Source of the DNA: Polymyxa betae A26-41
Lineage: Eukaryota; Protista; Endomyxa: Phytomyxea
Direction: 5' to 3'
DNA length: 64,000 bases
NCBI GenBank assembly: GCA_003693705.1
Contig: RBZT01000716.1
Span: 30,518-94,517 of the forward strand
Numbering within the stretch: the first letter of the stretch is position 1; each line of letters begins with the position of its first letter. The notes below the pieces were generated by a model. It saw nothing but the letters and a program-made list of their open reading frames with translations, was not told the origin of the DNA and ran no database searches. The translations under genes were made by a program, and so were the position numbers. Shown one piece after another: positions 11,600-23,423 of the stretch.

Positions 11600-13040
11600 T
11601 ACATCTTACAACTGATTCTTCCTGCGACATGAATATCTATTCATCAGGTTCAAACTCTGTATGGATAACGAACCACATTCGAGTTCTTAAGTTGAAAATC
11701 CAACTCTGGATTATGCTATCAACTTGTTGAAGATTTATTTTTCCACCGCTTGAGCCGCTACCTAACCAGAAATGGCAAATGATTTTTCACAAAACAGCAT
11801 CACATGGCAAGCAGCGCTTTTAGATTGGCGTCTCTACTGACATCAGATGGATCAGGAGCAAATAAACGATTTTTTATAAACTGCATATGGGGAACTTTAA
11901 GCAGCACAGGTACTATTTTAGTATTATCACAATGATATAATCTGACTCTGCATGCTTGTTGTCCAAAACGCTCAGCATACAAACGTGCAAACTCCATTCC
12001 TGGGTTACGTTTGCAATCTGTTGGCAGATGGCAGATAAATAACCCATTTGATTACAAGTTTCTGTAAACTTCAACGCTCGTCGATCGCTTTTCCGAACGT
12101 TAAGGTCCTGGAGATAGCCAGGTAATGATATTATTTTTCGATCGAACCCATTGAGTGTGATGCCTATTTTTTACAAAAAAACATCGTTTGTCTTGATGAC
12201 TAGGTAACCAAAGTCAAACAGTCTTTCCCAATGCTCACCGTTCATAGGCTTTGATGAAGCCACATTTTGTGTTAGCACAAACGAAAAAGATACATCCATT
12301 TTTTCAGCCACCAGGTAATGTTTATTGGACATGGTCGGTGCACTGTCGTTAAGCTTCGAGATAGCTGTCATGCCAGGACTCCTGTATTGCATATCATCAG
12401 TTAGACGTCAATGCTTTAGCAGATAAGTCTTACATCTTCGCCTAACTCAATCAGTTGTATTCCGGCTCCTTTCCCAGACAGCCGCTCTAGTTTGAGTGGC
12501 CCGGGAAGTTTCTCCATCAATGTCACTAATTTTGAATGTCCCAGCTTGTCTATACAATCAAGTAAAACCCCAGTGTGACAAAGGCTGATGATGTTAATAC
12601 CAAGGTTGCAATGGAAGAAGTTTCTGTATTTATCTGGAAGCTCACTAAGATTAATGTGTAGTCCAGGCTCCGATTTCAGTAATTTCTGGATGTCTTGTGA
12701 CAGCTTCCCGAGTTTGTCAAGAAGACAATTGTGAATTCTGGGATATGGTCGTTGGAATTCATCTGGATCGTATTCCTCCTGCTCCAATTACCGATGGTAT
12801 TTCTATAATCGCACTGCAAACATACCACATCAACAACTGGGAATGGCCTGAATTTCGGCATTTGAAGAAAGCGAATCTTTGAAAAAATTACTGCAGTGGC
12901 AACAATGACAATAAGGATTGATTCTTCGGGATTCAACAATTTTAAGTGAGTTCAGCTGAATATTAACAGCAAGTCGAGATAAAGTACACACAAAGACCGC
13001 AATCTGCATCGAAAGTCCCCGAAACGCCCTCGCCCTGATC
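11600..13040 (-). pseudogene. Fragmented unidentified coding sequence
   Basis: Consecutive protein-like minus-strand ORF pieces (12416-12787, 12171-12392, 11800-11997) broken by stops/frameshifts; no family recognised. Confidence 0.3.
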
Positions 13041-16000
13041 ATGAAAGGTTTTGGGGTCTGTTCTTTTATGACCTTGTTACGATTTTCCTTCGGACCTAAT
13101 CTGCTTTCGTAGAGTTTGTATGTGCCCTATTTGCTCTCCTGAACTGCTATTCAATCTGCTCAATACGGATTCAAAAAGTTGCTATTGTTGAATCATATGT
13201 CGTACTTCGGCCATTAAACAAATGGTTTATTTCAGAGTTAAGATTAGGTTGACCTGACCCTCCATAGTTGGGCTACAGAAGCTAATTGTTTGCAGATACA
13301 TTGCTGTGAGTTTCGCTTAATGGTATGATGTTGATAATGGCCATCAAAGTGTTTGCAGTCAAAGAGATCGATCTTGACTGTTTGTACCGTGTTGAATTCC
13401 TAAACCTGGACCTTCATGCTTGAAAATTTCTTCGTCTATCACCGCAGTGGGCAGTGTCTTCTATCAGCATCGTGTAAGAGTGGATGGCGTGAACATTTCT
13501 CAAACCCCAATTGATTATTGTTTTGTTTTAGATGGCGAACGCAAACTTTCACCTGAATACATCACCGGTTTAAGAGCGGCATCTTCCACGCTGTTCTCGT
13601 TCGTATCTCGATGGAGTACAGACGATGACGGCAGGGGTGGCCGGCCTGGGGCGTCCGGCTCTCGGTTCGATCCTTTGACAGCTCTGAAGCCACCGATCCC
13701 AGAAGCCAATGTTGTTCCTTCCTCTCTTGTAAGTATTATTATGGTCTTTTGGAAGTCGAGAAGAGGTCTTGCCAATTAACCCCCATTTGTTGGTCGTATT
13801 TAAGGCTTTCAGGTTTCAAGTTGGTCGATTGAAGTTTTTTACAGCTTCGTTCAAAGGATTGGGCCGAGTTGCTTCTTTTCTTGAGCTTATCTGTCGCAAA
13901 GCCATTTCAGCCAGACTGACGATTTTGGTTGTAGGAAGGCCAGGAGGTTCCCAGGGAGACTGCTTTAAGTGATGGAATTACAGAACTATCACTCAGCGAT
14001 ATGACGTTCCAGTTCTTAGATTTGGGCGTCTATATGTTGATTGCTCAAGCTGCTCGATTCACTCCAAAATCGGTAGTAAAAAATCAGATTTTATCAACTG
14101 CTTCATTTTTGCCAGATTTACCTCTCACCTCGCATTATTGTTTTCTAATTTGTAATCGTTATTGCAAGTGTTTGTAATCGAATCGCCTGAAAGCTCTTTT
14201 TTCCGTTTTCCGAATCTCTTCGGGCGAATGCTCTTGATTTTATATAAAACTTGGTCCAAATTTGTCGTTTTGATATTTTCCAGTGTCTGGGTCGAGCAAT
14301 TGCTGCTGTTCGAGATACGATGAAGTTACATCTTGGGACGTTCGACAATATCTCGCAAGACCCAACGCTTTTCGAATCGATTTCTGATACCGTTCGCCAC
14401 GTCCTTGATGCAAGATCCGACTTGGTTTCGCTTACAACTGGAATACCATTAATCCCGGTCTCGTCGCGTACGCTATCTACTTTAGACAGGTTTCTACATC
14501 TCTTTTCTCACCCTCGAAAGTGTCTCACTGAACTGAAACTTTTAGACTTCTCTCCGGTTTAGAAGATAACCACAACGTACATGGCTCGGTTTTGATAATT
14601 GGTCGAAGTGTTTTACATCGACGGTTACCTGTTAAAAGTACCCGAATGATGCTGCAATTGGTCTGCATAGGCTTGCTGTTTATTAGGCTGAACTCACTTC
14701 CTCTTCAGGTCTCTGCCCGTCCGATGAAGTCTTGCTCAACAAGGTCAATGCCTATATTTGTCGATAACAAAGCCCAAAACTTAGTAACCAATCTGAAGTG
14801 TCCTGTGTAAAAAAAACTGATTCTCTCCCATTCAGTTTCTGTTGCGTTTGACTTCGAGTTTGACCTTGGGCGTGTTCGTCCATATCACAGCATCGTACAA
14901 CGAGCTCGTGCCGTATCTAGATCACTTAGAAGCATCCCTTGACGATGATATGTTCCAGCTTCCCAGAGAGGAACCGCCCATCCAACTTCGAACGTATACT
15001 GGTAGGCATCTAGTCATTGCCGTTAAAGACGGCTTCTAATTGTTATTGTGGTAGGCTTGGATACGTTGGCGTTCATTTACAGCGATTCCAAGTCAGGGCA
15101 GGTGATTGTTCCCGCATCGCGGTTTGATGAAGGACAAAAAACAATGAACAACAAGATTACAGAATCGTTTCATTGGTTCTATGAAAGTGTCATGTAATGC
15201 CCCTGGATGTTAAGCTCATTTGCTGCTCCTGATCATTTTTAAGGTCGATAGAAGGCGGTCACCCAATGAATCAGATAATACTGTCCACTGCCGTTTATAT
15301 ATTTCATCATGTTCAGCGAACTGAACATGTTCGGCTATCAGTATTGTACAGTGCCCTGATTGATGGCAATGTGAATACATTGACCGAGGAAATTCTAGAT
15401 AATATTCGTCGGTCATCAGCTGCTTAATGCAGAAGTATTTCTGCCTATAATTTTATAAACTTCTCTAGATCGCTACTGTACGAATCCGATCGAAAATCCG
15501 CTGTTGATATTAACGTTGGCATGATCGGGAATACAGATCTAACAGTTAAGCAAGTCCCGGCACAACACAAACCTTTTATCCTACTGTTGGCAATGTGATT
15601 TGCTTACTCGTCGTAAGATGATCATATCTGGTAGGTGGCAGCCAGAATCGCGCATCGTATCTTACAACAATCGATCACATACATTGGCTCGCTCATCGCC
15701 CGTCCATCTGAATCCGTTTAAACCTTGTTGTCGAAGAAACCCATCCCACTTTCCAAGGTGACAGTTGTGTCTGAAGTATTCTCAGTGCTATCGCCATCCT
15801 TCCTTCAACAGCCATCGTGCCTATTTGCGGCAGACAATTTGCGCGAGACGAAGCATTCCGGAAGGCGGGCGGATGGCAAACGATGAGATGCATGCCCACG
15901 TAAGAAATTATTTAGGGGAAGGTGATCGAGAACAGAATTATCTGCGCTTCTGAACAACAATCGACAGAATGACTGGAGCGGTTATACTCAGTTTTGGCGT

Positions 16001-16076
16001 TTTGGTGTCAAAAAGTGGAACGCTGTGGATGTTCATTCATTTGTGTCATTGAATTCGCATCCAGTTTCCCGACGTC

Positions 16077-16772
16077 ATGGTCGCTGAACTCTACTACACG
16101 CCAACGTCGTGTGGCGCTGCAAGTTACATCGCAGCCTACAAAGCCGGCCTTCTGGGCTCCAAACTGAACGCTTACATATGCGACATTCAATCGCACAAGG
16201 TCAAGACCGGGCCCAACCAGGGTAAAGACTTCTACGCTATCAACCCGAAAGGAAATGTTCCTGCCTTAATTCTGGACCCTAACATTGTTTTGAACGAGAG
16301 CGCCGCCGCACTGCAATGGATTGCTGATCAGAATCCTGACTCTGAATTGGCACCTTCTAATGGCACCCCTGAACGTTATCTCTTGCAGTCAAAGCTCAGT
16401 TATTTATCATCCGAAGTTCATGGCATTATGGGTCCTTTGTTCAACCCAGAGATTCCTTCTGAGGTCAAGAAATTTTTGCTAGATCGGTATGGATCATTAT
16501 GCTCGGATTTTCCCTACTTAATTTCTTGTACTAGAATCAAGTTGAAATTCCAATACATCAGCAAGAACGAGTTGAATAATGGCAGTAAGAAGTATCTGGT
16601 TGGCAATAAGTTCACTGTTGCTGATTCCTATCTCTACATCATTTTGTCGTGGACTAAGTATCTCGGAATTGACATTGGTGAGTACCCGATTCTCAAAAAG
16701 TATTACGAAGATATGGCATCGATGGACTTTATCCAGCAGGCCCACTCTGCTATGGACCAAGCTTCCAAATAA
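16077..16772 (+). CDS. Glutathione S-transferase, beta-class (bacterial GstA-like), copy 1; intron 16487-16534
   Basis: LYYTPTSCGAAS, INPKGNVPAL, LNESAA, SEVHG..PLF, YLVGNKFTVADSYLY; 48-bp GT..AG in-frame intron at the same site as in copy 2. Confidence 0.92.
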   Translation: MVAELYYTPTSCGAASYIAAYKAGLLGSKLNAYICDIQSHKVKTGPNQGKDFYAINPKGNVPALILDPNIVLNESAAALQWIADQNPDSELAPSNGTPERYLLQSKLSYLSSEVHGIMGPLFNPEIPSEVKKFLLDRYGSLCSDFPYLISCTRIKLKFQYISKNELNNGSKKYLVGNKFTVADSYLYIILSWTKYLGIDIGEYPILKKYYEDMASMDFIQQAHSAMDQASK

Positions 16773-17479
16773 TCGTGCTAGCTATTAGGATCAATTCAAT
16801 AAACGATCGACCGCTTAACGTTTTAACGTTTTATGACTTTGAATGTTATATGATAGAAGGGTTATCACAACGGATCGGGCGTTTATATGGATGCATTAGC
16901 TATCGAAATCTGTGAACAGATTCGTTATTTTGATGAAGAATCAACACCATGAACATTCAAACATTCTGAGGAACAGCATTTTCCTGTGTTTATCTTTTCT
17001 AATTATAGACGTCCGTCATTTGCTCGTTGACAGATCAGAGAACTGCTGAATGATCGTTGAACAAAATGGCGATTCTGCCCACCAATTCAACTTGTGAAAG
17101 AACGTTGAAAGTCCATAATGAAGGCGTCATTGAGGGTTGACCGTGGTCGCATTCTCCATGTGTCATACATCACCGATAGATACACATACATAGCCTCATT
17201 ATATATTATTATTCATATCATGTCTGCGTTGTACTTACTCGTCTTGTCTTCGCACTCCATGCGACAGACTAGTGATCGACGTCTGTCAGACCGTTCATAT
17301 TTGAATTAACGGGTCACGTGGAGCAGCATCCAACATCCGTCTGCCGATGTATCAGAGAAAACATTGAGAATGCAGGAACAAGCGAGCTTCATACAATATT
17401 GATAATCAACGCTTCCATCCTTGCATTAGACAAGCTGTACGAGAAGGCTGAAGCATATCCATATGTGAGTTATCTTGCT

Positions 17480-17940
17480 GCTGATTGCAAACTATTTAAT
17501 GCTGTCCTAGGCTTTAAACGATGAAGATATTTTACCGATAGGGAGTCGAAGCTCAAACATACAAGCAACAGCAGTTCGAATAACTCATCTTTTATCATGC
17601 AAAGAATCAACATGACCATACGTTGAATGCTGGCGTGGAAGTTGCGGTTGAGTAGATAACCGACCCGAGCGCTGATGAAACAGGGCGCCAAGCTGACCTT
17701 TCTCGTATTTGTCCAGCAAGCGTCGATGTTCGTAAACAATACGATCTGATCCAGATTTTCAGATAAGCAAGACGGAAGATGCCGAATTGCCGATAACGTT
17801 TACGCGCTAAGACGTAGATCTGGGCATGGATGATGGCGTGCGGTTCGATATCCAGCTGCCGATTCGACATCGATGAATGAATGAGATCGACCGGGTAGGC
17901 CGTAATCTTTCGGCCTAGCGAAACGCTCGGGTCCTCATGT
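17480..17940 (-). pseudogene. Degenerate unknown gene, duplicated downstream of both GSTs
   Basis: AIIHAQIYVLARK and IVLFTNIDAC here match AIIHAQIYVLARK / IALFPSIDVC on the minus strand at ~37900-38110. Confidence 0.5.
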
Positions 17941-18434
17941 TATTCTTAGATCTGACCACGATTTACGCCCTCAAAAATCGATAGGACCTGCCGAAATGGT
18001 TTCCTTTCCTTAGCGAAAATTCTGCCGTAAGGAGGCCAAAAATAAGTCTTTTTTGGGAGCTTGCACCATGCATGCTGTTAAGTTGCTGCAAGAAGCTATG
18101 CATGCACTATAGTGGTCGATCGATAACGTTCTGAAATGTTTCAAAAGGCTTCAAGGAAAGGGGAAACCACAATCGCCAACCAACTTCTAACAAGTTTTTA
18201 TGTTCGCTATATGAATATATGGAGGATGGTTATTTACCCGTTCATTTACAGGCTGAACGTCCACGAATGGCTTTTCGCGACGCATCCGAGCGAAATGACA
18301 CAGGTTCTCTGTTGGGACGAAGCAAGACGCGCAGTTTTCCCCGGTTTACGAACGATCCATGGCTGCAGCGTCCATGCGTGGGTGCCCCATGAACCCAAAC
18401 TTCAAACAGTCAGCCGACGTCGCTTTTCGTTACC

Positions 18435-19691
18435 ATGTCTCGTAGGCATAGTCTCTCTTTCAGTACTTTTGCGTTGTTAACTGTCATTCTTTTTAATGGC
18501 GTCGCAATCGCTCTCACTACCTGCTTACCTCAGGCGGCAACGCCTAGGCCTGCGCTGGTGCCATCGCGGCACGTCATCGATTTTAACCAGCTCGCTCGAC
18601 ATCGGATTCGGACGCGAGCACTGTCAGCGTCCAGTCGTCTTTGGAAAATATCATCACTCTCTGTATCAAAGCAGCATCTACAATTAGCTATTCCAGCTGA
18701 GGAATCCGCAAAGCATCTATTAGATGATACATTAGCTGAACTGAGCCATCCCAAAGATGCTTTTAAGGGGCTGCGTGTCATTAGCGACGATTATCAGGAT
18801 AATGGCTTTGCAATGCTGGATGCTGGACAGTTTTTGACTCGAGAGACTTATTCCCATGTAGCACGCTTGTTTCTTCATGCGGATGACGATTTTAATCTTT
18901 CGAGCTCTGGCAAACGGTTATACGAACGGATGCTTCGTGTACTGCAAGACAGCAATTATGTGCAGGCCGTCGTTGCTGCGGATCCATCGGAGCTTGAGCA
19001 TCGCAATGTACTTCGCTCTGTGGGCTTCGACCTTGTGGTTACTCTTCGAAAAATCAATTATAAGGATAGCGAAATGAAGGACGTCGAATTTTGGATGAAA
19101 TCGTTACAGCCTGTACCGACAGCCTCTGTCCCAGCCGATATTTTTGATAATTCACGTCCAATTGCGACCCGTATCCAGTCAAATCGTCAGCTTTCTTTCC
19201 GTCCTGCTAAGCATTCCGATGCTGCAATGATTCGGGAAATTTATCGGCATTATGTTGAAGACAATTATGTGGCGCCTGAGATCGTTTGCCCTTCAGTTCA
19301 GGAAATTCAAAATCGAATGGGAACGTTTGAATTGCCATGGATCGTTGCAGTTGATTCTGAAGGCGAGATTGTTGGATACTGCTGCGCCACAAAGTTTTTG
19401 GAGTACGACCGCACGGCAATGTGTAGCATTTATATTTCATCGCTAGGACAAGGGCAAGGACTGGGTTGGAGATTATATGAGGAAGTCTTAGATGCTCTCA
19501 AATTACTCGGCTATGGATCCGTTGTTATCATGGCCAATCCGAATAACGAAGCAACGATAAAGCTTCACGAGAAGGTCGGCTTCGTACATGCTGGAAGAAT
19601 GGAGGGACTCAATTACAAATTTGGCTATTGGACGCCTCGTGTTTTTATGCAATACCATTTATTGGATGCGCACAAGAACAAAGCGGAATGA
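18435..19691 (+). CDS. Signal-peptide protein with tandem GNAT domains; C-terminal domain phosphinothricin N-acetyltransferase (PAT/YncA)-like
   Basis: FRPAKHSDAAMIREIYRHYV, PWIVA...GEIVGY, SIYI...QGQGLG..LY, NEATIKLHEKVGF..AG....YKFGYW; degenerate first domain (GKRLY..ML...SVGF....KINYK...DVEFW); intronless. Confidence 0.85.
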   Translation: MSRRHSLSFSTFALLTVILFNGVAIALTTCLPQAATPRPALVPSRHVIDFNQLARHRIRTRALSASSRLWKISSLSVSKQHLQLAIPAEESAKHLLDDTLAELSHPKDAFKGLRVISDDYQDNGFAMLDAGQFLTRETYSHVARLFLHADDDFNLSSSGKRLYERMLRVLQDSNYVQAVVAADPSELEHRNVLRSVGFDLVVTLRKINYKDSEMKDVEFWMKSLQPVPTASVPADIFDNSRPIATRIQSNRQLSFRPAKHSDAAMIREIYRHYVEDNYVAPEIVCPSVQEIQNRMGTFELPWIVAVDSEGEIVGYCCATKFLEYDRTAMCSIYISSLGQGQGLGWRLYEEVLDALKLLGYGSVVIMANPNNEATIKLHEKVGFVHAGRMEGLNYKFGYWTPRVFMQYHLLDAHKNKAE

Positions 19692-20635
19692 TAACCACCG
19701 ATTCCTGGCGAGATCTGTGATCCGAATTCTAAACTGTCTGAGTATCTTGAATAGAAAATTTTCTGTTAGTGCAAATCAAAGATTTCTTGGAAATAGCCCC
19801 GTCTTCGTGCTCATTATAATTTTCTAATCCTAGCTCTGTATATCTTCAAGTTGCATCTGTGATTCTCCGGTCTGTTAGGAGACTGTATGCGCTTGGGTCA
19901 CCATCGTTAATAGATCGTAGAAAAGGGATATTCCAATAACTTGATATTAAGATTGTTTGAGACCTTTTGGAGCTTTTTCTTTTTGCAACACAACGTATTA
20001 ACACGGGTAGAGGGAAATCTTATGCTAACGCTTTAATGGTGATCGATTATTGTCCCATTGATCTGTATTCTGCTCGAAAGAAAGCTTCTGTGCAAATCCC
20101 ACTGTCTATCTCAATATTTAACCTCAACTGTGTATTCAAAAGAAGGAGGAATACATTGATTTATCGATTGTTAGCTAAATCTTCGTTCAACTGCTGTTGA
20201 CGCTTTGAATCCCGAATCCTCTAAAAGCAGGAAAAACGAATCAGACATGCTGACGATAAACGCTTTAAGTAAATCTGATGCTATCATTGCATACAGCAAT
20301 ACTTATCATAGCATTACTCAAAACACGCCCAATATTTCTTTTCACTGGTCAACAGATATCTAATGGGCTGGTGCCGCTATAATGGTTGGGGACGAGAAAT
20401 ATTCGGAATTTCATGCTGTCAATCTATAGACTTTACGAGAACGAAAGTCAATAAAGAGTCCTTGCTCCAAATTGATATACACGGTTTCGACTTAAACAAT
20501 CATGCCATCGGCGTTCACTAAAGAGCACATTGTCTATGAAATTAAAAGAGAAAAAAGACGTCTAAGTATCAGTTCGAGACGATTGCTGGGCTGGTCGATA
20601 TGCCTTCACTACAGTAACGATGAATACATTGTTTA

Positions 20636-20756
20636 GCCCACGTTTGGATGCCATGGAAAATCCGGCTCTGCGACAAAATCCTACTCTGGTTTGGGTTTTT
20701 GACGGAAAAATTGGATTTTGGCGAAAACCGGTTTTCCGTGTCATCCAAACGCGCCC
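20636..20756. mobile_element. Tourist/PIF-Harbinger-like MITE (121 bp)
   Basis: Imperfect ~30-bp TIRs gcccacgtttggatgccatggaaaatccgg / ccggttttccgtgtcatccaaacgcgccc flanked by TTA on both sides (20633-20635, 20757-20759). Confidence 0.8.
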
Positions 20757-21178
20757 TTAGTTGGCATAGATTGTTTGAGCTAGTTATAAATAGAGGTTGG
20801 GTTGTCGGCAATCACTGATTGACAGCCTATCAAATTGATTGTCAGCTGTATAGATAATGGGAAGTGAAGTATCTGACTCCCTACAACACAAAGTTCATCG
20901 GTTATGAGTCCCAGCCTGTCTGGTGGGATCCCCCCCCAAGAAATCCCGCAACTCCGTGACCCTGAATTCGCATTATTCTCCCACCGTTCACCAGGCACGC
21001 TGGCACGATCACCAGCGATCACGTCGCCAGTCGACGTCACTTTCATGGCAGTGGGGCACCCCGAACGAATCTTCGCACCGAAGGGTCGAATATTACGGCA
21101 CCGGCAGGGCAGGGTTGAGCAAGTTCTGGACTTTGAATCGGAACGGAACTTGGGCTCTCCCAGGTCATCACATTTCCA

Positions 21179-23423
21179 ATGACCTTCTCTTTAATCGTAT
21201 TTATTGGCGTACTGGTCCTGGGCGTTGTCCACGGTGTACGATTTGGAAGATGGCGCAGCACTCCTGAATTTACACAGCACAGCTGTAGCCCGAGTCCGGA
21301 CTGGCGCCGAACACGCTCTATTTCGCTCAGAGATGAACGCCGTCAAGGTCTATATCCGAGAACGTTCCGCATCCTTCCGGATATATACCGATTCCGAGAC
21401 GTACTGGACCCGTCCGGTCCCCCCCGGTGCGCCTTATTCTGACTTGTGGCTGTTCAGGCGGAATCCGTGATCGATGCCATCAACCGCATCGCCGATGATA
21501 TCGATCGACGTCTCGAACGTATCGCTAATCAGGCGGCTGCTCCCACATTTCCCAACACCGTACTGGCCCTGCAGGAACCACTTTATGAGATGCAGCAGCT
21601 GGAACATGTTTTAGACTATTATAGGTATAGATTTGGAATCTATCTGAAGCCAGTTGGGCGGATCTATATCAGTGGACTTCTACCACGTGTTCGTGATGTC
21701 GCTCAACAATATCATCAGCATGATGATAGACGCACTATCATACAGGATACGTTACAGCAGGTTGGCGCCGTCGTACTGGACGCGGATCGCATTGAATCTC
21801 GTATAAAACGTGTGAAACGAACGATTCGGGAGTGGATTCGAACACGTAAGTTGGATGGGATTGTAACGTGGACTGTCATGTGGTAACAGTAACTGAACAG
21901 ACTCGGAACCAGATAGAGATCTCACGCAGTTAATGATTGAACTTGTTGAACTACGTCGTCATGCGTGGCGTCTAAGATCTGTTACTGATCAAAGTCCACA
22001 GATAGAACATTATCTAACAGATATCAGTAACGCATTCCAGGTAACGAATACTCAGACAGAGTACCACACACACTACATTTTACGTTTCGAATATGTTTGA
22101 ATGCATTTGTTGGCACATGATTTAGGGTTTTAGGGTTTGGCTGAGCTTGTCCTTAGATCCCGTTTGAGGATGAGATCCGCTCTACGGAAGATTGGGATCG
22201 TGTTCAATCGACCGCACTGGCCCAAATCCATCTCATTACGGAACCTCTATTTGACCTTGAGTGTGTTCTATTTGACGGATTATTCACAATGGCTACGGAT
22301 TTGTACGGATTACATTGGAAGGGTCGTGCTGGCCCGGATCCCGATCAACGTATATTTGATGTTTTCGATGATGATGGTGATAAAGTCGGAACATTGATCT
22401 TTGATTTATTGGAAAGCCCGGAGAAGCACGGATCAGCTCGGACATTGGTTCTTGTAGAACCATGTGAATATGTTCATGTCCGTGATCATGTCATACTGAT
22501 CCTAATGAATGAATTACAACGTCCAGCTGATGGTGAGACTGTCCTCATGACGTTCGAAGAGGTCGGATCAGACTTTTATAAGTTGGTTAGGGTTTAGGGT
22601 TTCCTGTCTGTTGAGAAATCGTTGATCTGACAGTGATATGCAATAGGTGTTCAGTCTATTCTATGAATTTGGACATGCACTGTATAAGTTTATGTTCCCA
22701 AGTCAGTGTATGTTACAAGATGGAGTTACAGAGACTGCGTTACAGATGCCCTCTATTGCAGCTATTTTACATCAACGACTTGCTATGAACCCCGGCATAC
22801 TACATCGTATCAATCCGAGTTTATCTTCACCCCAGATAGATGAGATCATATCTGAGATATCTTTAATATCATCACTTATGGCAACTGATGATCTATCACG
22901 GGCCATACTGGCTCAGGCCTGGTGGCGGGCCAGTACATGTCAGGATATCGCCCTGGACCAGCACGTCACCGCTACAATCCTGGGTCGGCTAGGGTTTGCT
23001 GCATTGGAGTGGCGCGAGACGGTCAAGTTTCTGTTACGCGCATCATCGTCATGGTATTGGACAGAGCCTGTGGCGGACTTAATGGCATCCCGTTTATATA
23101 AGTGCATGAGGGGCAGTATGTCCCCCGAGATCGGGCAGATGATTATGTCCGTGTTCAGTCAGCGTAGCCTGGACGAGATCAATGAACGCATCAACGAACT
23201 GGAAAACCCTAGCCCTAAAACCCTATGCGAATCTGACACAACGGAATCGGATATGCAAGTTGATGGCAGTGATTTGAGCCATCCAAGTCCGTTATTGGAT
23301 CATCGTAATACAGTAGAGACTGGAACGATGGTAACACCTTCTGATCATAATAAGACATCAAGTCAATATTCATCATTGCTCTCGATATTCAAGCTACGTC
23401 TACCAGTATGTTTCAGAGCATAA
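21179..23423 (+). CDS. Secreted M3A (Dcp/oligopeptidase A)-like protein with degenerate zinc motif; multi-exon
   Basis: Signal peptide; PTFPNTVLAL, LFDGLF..ATDLYGL, RIFDVFD..G..VG.LIFDL...PEKHGSA, LMTFEE|VFSLFYEFGHAL; introns include 21401-21457, 22041-22156, 22562-22646. Confidence 0.8.

Noticed and set aside
13100-15950. Many short ORFs on both strands
   Set aside because: No recognisable motifs, no consistent splice model; probably decayed sequence
23203-23225. Telomere-like repeat inside coding sequence (also ~5360-5385 and ~48702-48712)
   Set aside because: In frame within ORFs and not at splice sites; cannot be distinguished from chance or tolerated insertion, so not counted as intronic cases
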